DNA from: Chiloscyllium plagiosum
Taxonomy: Eukaryota
DNA: 64,000 nt
Direction: 5' to 3'
Assembly: GCF_004010195.1 (NCBI RefSeq)
Contig: NC_057751.1
Span: forward strand, 19,430,535-19,494,534
Shown here: positions 24,851 through 36,672 of the stretch, piece by piece
How the letters are laid out: the number at the start of each line of letters is the position of its first letter
Numbering within the stretch: the stretch's first letter is position 1
Position numbers and translations under genes: made by a program
Notes under the pieces: model-generated
The model's database searches: none
Told to the model about the DNA's origin: nothing
What the model saw: only the letters and a program-made list of their open reading frames with translations

Positions 24851-27099
24851 AGCTCCCTTAGCCAAGCTGTTCCAATACAGTTACAACACTGGCATCTACC
24901 CCACAATGTGGAAAATTGCCTAAGTATGTCATATACATAAAAAGCAGAACAAATCTAACCTGGCCAATTGCTGTCCCATTGGTCTACTCTCGATCATCAG
25001 TAAAGTGATGGGAGGGGTCATCAACAGTATTATCAAGCAGCACCTGCTCAGTGACACCCACTTTGGATTCTGCCAGGGCCACTCAGCTCCTGACCTCATT
25101 ACAGCCTTGGTTCAAGCATGGACACAAGAGCTGAATTCCAGAGGGGAGGGGAGAGGGACAGCCCTTGACATCAAGGCTGCATTCAACTGAGTGTAGCATC
25201 ACTGAGCTTGAACAAAACTGGAATCAGTGGCTACTGGGGGCAAACTCTTTGGTGGTTAGTCATACCTGCCACATTGGAAGATGGTTGTCATTGTTGGTCA
25301 GTCATCTCAGCTCCAGGAGATCTCTGCAGCAGTTCCTCAGGGTAGTGTTCCAGGCCCAACCATCTTCAGCTGCTTCATCAATGACCTTCCCCTCCATCAT
25401 ATGGTCAGAAGTGGGGATGTCCACCAATGATTGCCTGATGTTTAGCACTATTCAGATAGACTCTTCAGATACTGAAGCAGTTCGTGTCCAAATGCAACAA
25501 GATCTGGACAATATCCAGGCTTGGGCTGATAAGTGGCAACTAACATTCTCACCACATACATACCAGGCTCTGACCATCATCAATAAGAGACAATCTAACC
25601 ACTGGCCCTTGCCATTCAATGGTACTACCATCACTGAGACCCCACTGTCAACATTTTGCCGGTTATTATTGATCAGAAACTGAACCGGACTCAAGTAAAT
25701 AGTGGCTACGAGAGCAGGTCAGAGGCTAGGAATACTGCAGCGAAGAACTCCCTTCCTGACCCCCCCCCCCCCCCCCAGCCAAGCCCCAGTCAGGAGTGTG
25801 ATGGAATACCACCCACTTGCCTGGATGGGTGCAGCTCCAACAACACTCAAGAAGCTTGACACCATCCAGGGACAATGCAGCCCGTTTGATTGGCATTGCA
25901 TCCACAAGCATCCACTCTCTCCTCCACCAATGCTCATCAGCAGCAGTGTGTACTACTATTTACAAGATACACTGCAGAAATTAACCAAAGATGCTCAGAC
26001 AGCACCTTCCAAACCCACATTGCTTCCATCTGGAAGGACAAGGGCAGCAGATACATGGGAACACTACCTGCTGGAAGTTCCCCTCCAAGCCACTTGCTTT
26101 CTCGACTTCTTAGAAATATATAGCTGTTTCTTTACTGTCGCTAGGTAAGAACCCTGGAATTCTCTCCCTAATAGCATTGTGTGTCAACCCAAAGCAGGTG
26201 GACTGCAGCAGTTCAAGAAGGCAGTTCACCACCACCTTAAGGGGGCGACTAGGGACAGGCAATAAATGCCGGTCAGCCAGCAATGCCCACATCCCATTTT
26301 AAAAAAAAGCTACTGTTGGAGGGTCGATAGACTATTCTGTCGTCATTTCTTCAATCTACCTAAACTTGTTTTAAACTTTGTTCTCTTGAAGTAAGGTAAT
26401 CTTTCACTACTGTACAGCATTAAGGATATTTTGAAATTACGGAGCTACCCCACCACCTTTTCCTAGCTTTGTCTTTTGGAAGTGCTGAACATCTTTTAAT
26501 ATTCAGGTCTTGGCCTTGGTCACCTTGTATCGATATTTTTAATAATGGCTGTCGGCTCAGAAATAATTATGTATCTGGACTAACGGTTTATTCATTTTTC
26601 ATGAATGTTGCATACATTCAGATGCAGAGTCTTGAGCCCTTATCTTTTTAGCAATGTTGTAATCTCTGGCCTCCTGTTACACTCCTTAGTTTGTACTCCT
26701 GTCCCTTCCTACCACACTTGGTTCATTACCCAAGTCCACCCTACTCTATGCTATTTGTGTCCCTTTGATTTATCATATCTCCTCTCACATGATCCCATCT
26801 CTTCTCTCCATGTAAGTGCTCGGGAATGACCATCTCCAACATGAGAGAATCTAACTATTGCCTCTTGACATTCAATGGTATCGCCATCACTGAATCCCCC
26901 ACTGTCAACATCCTGGAGTTTATCGTTGAGTGGTAACTGAAATAGGCCAGTTATACAAATGAACATTAGATAAATACTGCAGCTACAAGAGCAGGTCAGA
27001 AACTTGGAATTCTGTGATGTGTAACGGTCCAACCTTTACTCATCAGCCAACTTGCTTACTCCAGGTATAAATCTAGTAAAACTCCTCTGAATCACCACC

Positions 27100-29230
27100 T
27101 ATAAGACATAGGAGCAGAAATTAGGCCATTCAGCCCATCGAGTCTGCTCTGCCATTCAATCATGGCTGATAAGTTTCTCAACCCCATTCTCCCATTTTCT
27201 CCCCATAACCCTTGATCCCCTTGATACTCAAGAACCTATCTATCTCAGTCTTAAATATATTCAATGACCTGGTCTCCACAGTCCTCTGTGGCAGTGAATT
27301 CCATAGATTCCCCACTCTCTGGCTGAAGAGGTTTCTCCTTATCTCCATTCTAAGGCTTTACTCTAAGGCTATACTTTCAGGTCCTCGTCTCTCCTACCAT
27401 TGGAAGCATCTTCCCAACATCCACTCTGTATCAGTGAGTTTTCAGAAGATGTGTAGCTCAGCTTGAGGTTCTGAATGTAGGTTTGCTCGCTGAGCTGGAA
27501 TGTTCATTTTCTGACATTTCGTCACCATATTAGGTAACATCATCAGTGAGTCTCCAGTTGAAGCACTGGTGGCATGGCCTGCTTTCTATATGTGTTTCCT
27601 TGGGTTGGTGATGTCATTTTTCTGTGGTGTCATTTCCTGTTCTTTTTCTCAGGGGGTGGTAAATGGGATCCAAGTCAATGTGTTTTGATAGAGTTCCAGT
27701 TGGAATGCCATGCTTCTAGGAATTCTCTTGCGTGTCTCTGTTTGGCTTGTCCTAAGATGGATGTCTTGACCCAATCAAAGTGGTGTCCTTCCTCATCCAT
27801 ATATAAGGATACTAGTGAGAGTGGGTCATGTGTTTTTGTGGCTAGTTGATGTTCATGTATCCTGATGGCTAGTTTTCTGCCTGTTTGTCCAATGTAGTGT
27901 TTGTTACAGTCCTTGCAAGGTATTTTGTAAATGACATTAGTTTTGCTTGTCTGTATTTGGTCTTTCAAGTTCATTTGCTGCTGTTTTTATTGTGTTGGTG
28001 TGCCAGAGTACTCAAACCTCTTGGCATCATGGTAGCCCACCAAGACACTAAAACAGCAGCTAATGAACTTGAAAGACCCGATACAGACAACAAGCAAAAC
28101 TAATGTCATTTACAAAATACCTTGCAAGAACTGAAACAAACACTACATTGGACAAACAGGCAGAAAACTAGCCACCAGGATACATGAACATCAACTAGCC
28201 ACAAAAAGATATGACCCACTCTCACTAGTATCCTAACATACAGATGAGGAAGGACACCACTTCGGCTGGGACAAGACATCCATCCTAGGACAAGCCAAAC
28301 TGAGACATGCACGAGAATTCCTTGAAGCATGACATTCCAACCGGAACTCTATCAACAAACACATTGACTTGGATCCCATTTACCACCCCCTGAGAAAAAG
28401 AACAGGAAATGGCAAGGAAACCTAAACACATAAATAGAAAGCGGGCCATGCCACCAGTGCTTCATCCAGAGGCTCACTGATGTTACCTAGTATGGTGACG
28501 AAACTAACCTTCCAGCTCAGTGAGCAAACCTACATCCAGAGTATTCTGTATATTTCAATTAAATACCCCCCTCATCCTTATAAATTTTATCAAGTATAGA
28601 CCCAGAGTCCTCAAACATTCCTTATGTTAAACACCAAGATATATAGCACAGAAAAAGGCCCTTTGGCCCATTTTAGTTCATGCTTTTCAGAAACAACCAC
28701 CTAACTATTCTAATCCTATTTCCCAGCACTTGGCCCATAGTCTTGTGTGCCTTGACATCGCAACTGCGCATCTAAATACCATTAAAATGTGATGAAGGTT
28801 TCTACCTCTGCCACTATTACAGGCAGTGAATTCCAGATTTCCCCCCCCCCACCATCGTTTGGGTGAAATGATTTTTTCCCTCTCATCGCCCTCTAAACCT
28901 CCTGCCCCAAATATTCAATCCATTCCCCCTTGTCATTGTTCTCTCCACTAAGGGGAAAAATTTCTTCCTGTCAATGTCCCTCTTTTATACAATTCAGTCA
29001 TGTTCCACCTCAATCTCCTCTGCTGTAAGGAAATCAACCCCAGTTTGTCCAATTTCTGTTCATGACTGAAACACTGCAGTCCAGCCCAGTAAATCTCCTC
29101 TGCCCCCTCTCCAGTATTATCATATCTCTCCTATAATGTGCATTCCAGAACAGCACATCATTAAGTAAGGAGACCAAAACTCCCCACAGTATTCAAGATA
29201 GTGTCGCCAATGCCACATGTAACTCCCACT
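27100..29230 (-). mobile_element. CR1 3' fragments flanking and following the inverted PLE
   Basis: CR1 tails at about 27100 and 28635; the CR1 sequence resumes after 28540. Confidence 0.6.
27465..28540. mobile_element. Inverted-duplicated Penelope GIY-YIG endonuclease/3' terminus (family D)
   Basis: ORF 27675-27974 (-) NVIYKIPCKDCNKHYIGQTGRKLAIRIHEH...REFLEAWH, with a mirror copy on + at about 28060-28400. Hammerhead-like CTGATGA-T-GTTACC-TAATAT-GGTGAC-GAAATGTC on the minus strand at 27513-27546. Confidence 0.85.
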
Positions 29231-29888
29231 TTGTACTTCCCCAGAACTACTGAGTCCATGCTCCAGTTCTTAACTGTTCAATAATTCCAATAACTGCTTA
29301 CTGAATTATTTTACATTTTGTACTACATACAATATCCTTTTTATTGTCACGTGTACTCCATTGTAGGAGTACAGTGAACAGCTTTTATAAAGTCTGCCAG
29401 GTGCAAGTACCTCGATACAGATGATAAAAATAGTTGCTTGCCTTACAGTTGAAAAATAAGTTTAAAAGCAGGACAACGTTAAAGGGTTGACATTAAAGTA
29501 GGAAATTTCAAATAGACATTACAGTGTAGCAGCTCAGCGCAGGGCCTCTGCACGTGGTCTAACCGCCTGTGCCATACCCTAGTCCAACAGCCATCACTGC
29601 TCTGCTCCATACTGGTACTCCGCTGCTCCAAGATAAATGCCAGGACTTAAATGCTCAGAACTCGCTACCTGCGTGATACTCCGGGGCTGCCTGATTCTTC
29701 ATTAAGATGGAGACTGACACAATTAAATTTGAAACTAGGGTCATGAACTTAAAGCTAAAGTATGAGGCAGGCATTGGCTAGGATAAGTTGGCCAAAGATC
29801 TCTATTTTGACAGCACCAAACCATCCAACTGCTTTCGACACCTTCCCTGCAGGAAGGCTAAAAATCAATGCTCTTAACATGGAGTCTG

Positions 29889-30015
29889 CCATTCCTGATG
29901 AAGGGCTAATGCCCGAAACATCAATTCTCCTGCTCCTCGGATGCTGCCTGACCTGCTGTGCTTTTCCAGCACCATACTCTCGACTCTGATCTCCAGCATC
30001 TGCGGTTCTCACTCT
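29889..30015 (+). mobile_element. 127-bp PLE family B element starting at the hammerhead
   Basis: 18-bp direct repeat CTCTTAAC(A/G)TGGAGTCTG at 29871-29888 and 30016-30033; CTGATGA-A-GGGC-TAAT-GCCC-GAAACATC from 29895. Confidence 0.8.
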
Positions 30016-30244
30016 CTCTTAACGTGGAGTCTGTCCTGTCTCTTTTTCCAGCTATGTGTGACCCCAGAACTGCTTTTCAATGGCTCCCGAACTGAGCTAT
30101 TAAGGTGATCAACTAAAACTCTTTGGACAGAATGAAATGTCAACCTAACAAATTTGGAACAGTGTACTGTGAATGTTATATTTCAAAGACAATGTTATCT
30201 TCCCTGATATAACTGGATATACAGCAAATGTATTTCTTCCCAAA

Positions 30245-30475
30245 ATTAAAAGATCCCGTGGCACTGTTGGACAATGAGTAGGGAAATGTACCACTGCTCA
30301 ATAAACACCCTGAGGCAGAATCTCATTCTATTGCTGTTTGTGGAGCCTTTTTGTGTGCAAACTGTGTCTATAGTGGATTACACAAAAGCTTTTTGAAAGG
30401 TAGCTTGTTGGCTGTGAAATGTGCTCGAATACCCTGAGGATATGAAAGATGCGACATATTTGCAAATGCTTTCTG
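30245..30475 (+). mobile_element. DeuSINE-like (SacSINE1-type) fragment
   Basis: aaaagatcccgtggcact...ttgctgtttgtggagc...gtgtgcaaa Deu-domain similarity and an L2-type tail. Confidence 0.55.
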
Positions 30476-31184
30476 TTTACTGTAAATATTGCGCATCACA
30501 GACCACAGGCTCAGTACATCAGATTGAGCTGCAGTCCGTAATAGCAATTCCAGAAAGTTGCCCCTGTCATACTGAAACAGGTGCAGTTAACATTTTCTGA
30601 ATAAAATCTAACACCTGGTTTTCAGAAGTATTTCAGTTGTCTGCAACATCATTTTCATTCTTGAAAGTGCACAATAACCAAAGTTGCTGTTTATTTCTAT
30701 TGGGTAAAGTGGTGACAACATTTGAAACTAACACCTACCTCTATAGCTACGTAAAGTGGGTGTGAAAAATATCCAATGAGCCCTATTTTGATTAATTGAT
30801 GAAGTGCTAGGAAGATTCAGGGTAGGTTTGAAAACAAAGGTAATAACCGTCCTCTGGTACCCAGCATACAAACAGTTCAAGTTCACAAAGTAGGTAAACT
30901 CCAATGTTTTAATCTTCTAATCCTCATTGAGAATTATATTAAAATCAGATATAATTCCACTGACTTTACTGTGGGATTATGACTATCTTCAAATCAGATT
31001 CAGCTCCCCCCCGCCCCCGTCAAAGAAACAAACACAGTTGCTGTACTAATAATTGTACTCTGTATGAGATGAATTGCAAGTACATACCTAAGGATTGCCT
31101 AGCCAATGGAGTTAGCTGGTGAATCCTTTGTCCTCCTACCACCACTGCTGCCCCCCCCCCCAAAAAAAAGGTAATGCTGGCACA

Positions 31185-31500
31185 GGCAATTGGTGGTGGT
31201 TTAACTTGAGGGTCACCACACTGTGGGTGAAGGGAGCAGTTCAGAAGAACGGTCCTTCATTGTAACCTCCATTGGTACAGGTATTGAACCCATACTGTTA
31301 GCATCGTTCTGCATTGCTAACCAGCTAACTGACCCTGATGCCAACAGTGTGCATTCAGTTCCTGTACAGCTGAGGGTACCCTGCTTCTCCCCTCTCTCCT
31401 CCCCTGAGGTGGGGTGACCCTCCGGTTAAACCACTACCAGTCATGCCTGTAAGAAGAAAGCAACTGTATGGTTCTCTGGGACTATGGTGACTTTACCTTT
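31185..31500. mobile_element. Head-to-head pair of tRNA-derived SINE fragments
   Basis: tggtggtggtttaacttgagggtcacc (left) is inverted relative to ggtgaccctccggttaaaccactacca (right); tail gggactatggtgactttaccttt. Confidence 0.55.
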
Positions 31501-31579
31501 CATCGTTATGTAAGACTAACTACTAAAATGTCTTGTGAAATGCATTCTGGCATTTTCTTTTTAGCTTTCAAATTTTTAA

Positions 31580-32780
31580 CGTAGAAGGCAGAGGATAGTT
31601 GTGGTGGGATGTTTTTCTGGCTGACTCGACGTCTGTGACCAGTGGTGGTCAACAAGGATCAGTGCTGGGACCTCTCTTTGTAATATATATTAATGATTTG
31701 GATGAAAATATAGTTGGTCTGATGAGTAAGTTTGCAGAGGGCATGACATTTAGTGGACAAAAAAAAACAACTGTCAATACTAGAAATCAGAAACAAAAAG
31801 TCGCTGGAAAAACTCAGCAGGTCTGGCAGAGTCTGTTAAAAAGCAGTTAATGTTTCTGGTCCACTCGCCCTTCAGAGTAGGTCAGTCCTGAAGAAGGGTC
31901 ACCAGACTCAAAATGTTAACTCTGAAAATTGGTGGAGTCGTTATACAAGGACACAGCAGGATATAGATCAGTTGGAAAGTTGGGTGAAGAAATGGTAGAT
32001 GGACTTTAATCCAGACAAGTGTGAGGTGATGTATTTTGAGAGGTCAAATGCAAGAGGAAGGTATACAGTAAATGGCAGGACCCTTGACAACATTGATATA
32101 CAGAGGGATCTTGGAGGGAGCAAGTGCCTAGCTCCCTGAAAATGGCAACACAAGTGGATAAGGTGGTAAGGAAGGTGTATGGCATGCTTGCCTTCATTGG
32201 TCAGGGCATTGAATATAAAAGTTGGTAAGTCATGTTGCAGTTATATAAGACTTTAGGTCACATTTGGAATATTGTGTGCCGTTCTGGTCACCACATTATA
32301 AGGAGATGGCTTTGGAGAGGGTGCAAAAGAGGTTTACCAGGATGTAGCCTGGATTGGAGCTTATTAGCTATAAGGAGCGGTTGGGCAAACCTGGAATGTT
32401 TTGCTGCAGCATTGGATGCTGAGAGGTGACCTGATATAAAATTGAGGCATGGATAGTTGAGAGCACGTTTTAACAACATTTCTGCCTTGAGAAATACTAG
32501 GTGGCATAGGTTTAAGGTGAAAAGTGGAAAGTTTGAAGGAGATGTGCGAGGCAGGTTTTGTTTTCTAACACCAGGGTGGTAGTTGCCTGGAACATGCTGG
32601 CAGTGAAGGTGGTGAAAGCAGATAAGACAGCAATGTTTTAAGAGGCATTTAGATAGGCAGGGAATAGAGGGATACGGACCATGTGCAGGCAGATGGGATT
32701 ACTTTAGAATAGCATCATAGTCAGTGTGGACATGGTGGGCCAAAGGGCCTGTTCCTATGCTGTTCTTCCATGTTCTGTAA
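31580..32780 (+). mobile_element. CR1 LINE RT/3' fragment with a nested fold-back PLE family C element (about 31775-31925)
   Basis: [25 protein letters not shown] and MLQLYKTL; nested CTGAAGA-A-GGGTC-ACCA-GACTC-AAAATGTT at 31888. Confidence 0.8.
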
Positions 32781-33149
32781 ACTTTAACATTCCGAAGCCT
32801 CCCAGCTGGAAGGAAGAACTTAACCTTTCCACAAATTGCAGCCAAAGTGGTGATGCCTGTGTCCCATGTCATGATCGTTCTCTTTGGGATGGTACATGCA
32901 TGCACCAAATTCATGAAAAAAGAATGCAGGTATCAGTCACCCTTGCATCACCCTACACATGCCTCCATATGAATATAACTGCATCTAAAAATAGCATTAA
33001 AACAAGATTGTTTTTAAAGTTCCAACATGTATCCCATTTCTAAAAGCATCAATGAGCTACTGCAAAGTCTATAATTCAATTTAAACATACTGATTCACAA
33101 ACACCTTTAATTTACCACTTTATCCCTGAAGACCTTAAAATCAAGTATT

Positions 33150-33975
33150 TTTATTAATTCATGAGATATGGGTGTCACTGATTGGATCATTGTTTTATTG
33201 CCCATCCCTAATTGGCCCTTGAAAGTGGTGCTGAGCTGCCGCTTTGAACTGCTGTAGTCCATGTGATTTAGGGACATCAACAGTGCTGTTAGGGAAAGAG
33301 GATTTTGACCCAGTGATCGTGCAGGAATGATATTTCCAAGTCAGATTGGTAAGTATTTTAGAGGGAAACTTGCAAGCGTTGCTGTTCTTATGTATCTGCT
33401 GCCCTTCTAGATGGTAGTGTTTGTAAGTTTTAGAAGGTACTGTCTGAAGAGCCTTGGTGAATTTCTGCAGTATGTCTTGTTGCTGGTGCACACCACTGCC
33501 ATTGTGCGTCTGTGGGGGGAGGCAACAAATGTTTGTGCATTTAGTGCCAGTCATGCAGGATGCTCTATCCTGGATGATGTCAAGCTGTTGGAGATTTTGG
33601 AGCTGCAATCATTCAGTTAAGTGGGGACCAGCCCATCACACACTCCTGACTTGTCTTGTAGATGGTAGAAAGACTTTGGGGATGGAGGAAATTCATGAGG
33701 TGAGTTACTCACTGCAGGATTCTCAGCCTCTGACCTACTCTTGTAGTCAGATTATTGATATGGCTGAGTCTAGTTCAGTTTCTAGTCAATGGTAACCTCA
33801 AGGATGTTGATGATGGGGAATTTGGTGATGGTAACACCATTAAATGTCAAGGGGAGATGTTTTGATCCTCTGTCTCTTGTTGGAGACAGTCATTGCCTGG
33901 TACTTGCATGAATGTTACTTGCCACTTGTCAGCTTAAGACTGCATATTGTCCAGATCATGCTGCATTTGGACATA
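33150..33975 (-). mobile_element. CR1-group LINE 3' part (family of 21925-26310)
   Basis: Tail ttattgcccatccctaattg and peptides QLDIIQDRA and GLQQFKAAAQHH on the minus strand. Confidence 0.75.
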
Positions 33976-34824
33976 GCCATGGAGTTTTTCCGTGCAGAAA
34001 GTGATCCTTTGGCCATAAAGCTCCTATCTACCTTTTTTCCCCATTTTCCAGCACTTGGCCTGTAGCCTTGTATGCTCTAGCATTTCAAGGGAACATTACA
34101 ACATTTAGGAAGTATTTCAATGTTTCCCACCTTCTCAGCCCTTTTCAGGTAGTCAGTTCCAGACAACCACCACACTCAGGATGGGGGGACAAAAACTTGC
34201 GTAAATCTGTGTCCCCCGTAATTGACCTCCTCTAAGGGGGAAAAAGGTTCTTCATGTCTGCTGGATCCATGCCCCCCTCAATGTCGTACAACTCAGTCAG
34301 GACCCCCACCCCCACCCCCAATTCGGCCTTCTGACCACAGATATTCAGCCTCCCTTTGTAGTTGAATTTCTCCCACCTAAGCAACATTCTCAAGAATCTC
34401 CTCTACTGCCCCCTCCAGCATAATTGTATACTTTCTATAGTGTAAAAACCAGAGCAACACGTACTCCAGCTGTAGCCTAACTAACATGATGGAGTTATAC
34501 AACACCCCTGCTCTTGTATTTGATGCCTTGACTAATAAAGGTTAAGTATTCCATCAGCCACTGTTCAGCCAATGTATATCATCCTGTAGTCTAAGACTTT
34601 CTTCCTTGCCTATTTATCATATCACTAATTGTTCTGCCTCTGTGAACTTACTGATCAAATCTCCTATATTTGCATCTAGATCATTAATTTATAGTGCAGA
34701 TAGAAAAGGACCAAGCACCAAAATGTGTTACAGCTCTGGATGCTAGCTTCCAGTCACAGAAACAACCTTTGACCATCACCCCATCTATTCCACTTCAAGC
34801 AGACTAGATTAATTAATGATTAAT

Positions 34825-35145
34825 GGGAAGGCAATGGCCCAGTAATATTATCGCTAGAATATTAGTCCAGAAGTTCAGCTAATGTTTTGGGGACCTGGGT
34901 TCTAATCCTGCCATGTTAGGTGGTAAAATTTTGAATTCAATAAAAAGAATCTGGAACTATGGGTCTAATGGTAACCATGAAACCATTATCTATTGTTGGA
35001 AAAATCTGGTTCACTAATAATGTCCTTTAGGGAAGGAAACTACCATCTTTACCTGGTCTGATCTACACGTGACTCCAGACCCACTGGCACACTTGACTGC
35101 TCTCTGGGCAATTAGGGATGGGCAAAACATGCTGGCCTTGCCCAC
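34825..35145 (+). mobile_element. tRNA-derived SINE with Meta-like core
   Basis: Collinear with 60365-60725; further copies at about 35520-35870 (+), 36700-36930 (-), 17645-17830 (+) and 5150-5500 (-). Confidence 0.75.
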
Positions 35146-36494
35146 TGCTCTGCAGAGTTTTTGCAAGTAGCTGCTCCCACTTCACTTTGACTCGATCCTG
35201 TTTTTGTCTTGTATTAAATTTGGCCTTCTCCCAATTCAGAAACTTTATTTCTGATTCTATTTATCCTTTTCTATGACTACCTTTTTTAAATATTGCTGAG
35301 TTATGATCATGATTTCTGAAATGTACCACACTGACATTTCTACCACTTGCCTAGCTTCATTCCTTAAAATTGGGTCCAGCACCACCCCCTCCCTTGTAGG
35401 ACTTTTTAATGTGCTGACTTAACAAAGCTCTCCTTGATATGTTTTCAAGTATTCCAACCCCCGTAAGCCTTTCACACTTTGTCTATCCCAGTTAATATTG
35501 GGGAAGTGGTATTGGGGAGGCAGTAAGGCATTGCTACTGGACTAGCAATCCAGACCCCTGGGCTAATGCTCTGAGGACATAGATTCAAATCCCATTACGG
35601 CAGATGGTTGAATTTGAATTCAATTAAAAGCTGGTCTAATGCTGACCATGTAAGCACTTTTGGTTGTTGTAAAACCCCAGGTAATTTGCTGTCCTTTTTT
35701 TTTAGGGAAGAGAACTTGCCATGCTTATCTTGTCTGGTCTATATGTGACTCTAGACCCTGTAGCAACATGGTTGACTCAAAACAATTAACACTTTACAAT
35801 AGGGATGGGCAATAAATGCTGTCTTGGGCAATAAATGCTGTCTTAGCCAATGGCACCCTTTTCCTGTGGACACTGGAAATAAAATGAAATCCACAACTCC
35901 CATTATTTTTACACTTCTTTGAGACTTATTTACATATCTGTCCTTCTATTCCTCCCTGACTGAGAGAGTTGTAGTACTCTCTCACAGCAATTTAATTGCC
36001 CCTCTTTTTTTTAACCCTTGAGTTGTATCCAAATGACCTCCGTTGAGGGACTTTTCTAAAATATCATACTACTTTATTTGCAGCAATTGACTCTTAAGAT
36101 TGCACTGCCACTTTTTAATTACACCTCTCTCTGTCTTAGCTAAACATTCTACACCCTTTAATATTGAGCTGCCAGAACTTGTCTCCATGATAACGATATC
36201 TCAATACCATGATTGGTCTTCCTCTTTCTCCTCCCTCCCTGTGTAGCTGGGTTCTGACTGCATCACTGTGTGTTTTCCAATATACAAAATGTTTTTGAGT
36301 GAGGTACATCCTGGAGCTTTCCTGACAATCAGCCTGCCTTCCTTTTCTGACTGGTCCCCTGTTCCTTCCTTGACTGCACTCCGCTTAAACTGTGGGAACA
36401 CACATTGACTACTTTGGTACCTGAAGTCCTGAATGGTGCTGAATTGTGCAATCATCACCCACTTCCACCCTATCTCCCAACCCTACATTTCTCA

Positions 36495-36672
36495 CAGCCA
36501 ATCCACCCTAACCTGCACGTCTTTGGACTGTGGGAGGAAACCAGAGCACCTGGAGAAAACACAAGCAGACTCTGGGAGAATGTGCAAACTCCACACAGAC
36601 AGTCGCCTGAGGCTGGAATCAAACTCGGGACCCTGGCACTGTGAGGCAGCAGTGCTAACCACTGAGCCACCC
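36495..36672 (-). mobile_element. 3'-truncated HE1-type V-SINE
   Basis: Head GGTGGCTCAGTGGTTAGCACTGCTGCCTCACAG and V-domain. Confidence 0.8.

Larger units (their letters stand above)
21925..26310 (+). mobile_element. Near full-length decayed CR1-group LINE (APE + RT) with a SINE-like tRNA/Meta head
   Basis: SINE head 21925-22190 runs into the APE start (NIWG...VKQQPNIVILSESYL). RT motifs FGFCQGHSAPDLITALV, ALDIKAAFN and VPQGSV follow, then the tail gggacaggcaataaatgc...cccacatccc plus A-run. Interrupted by the PLE at 23467-24850. Confidence 0.75.
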
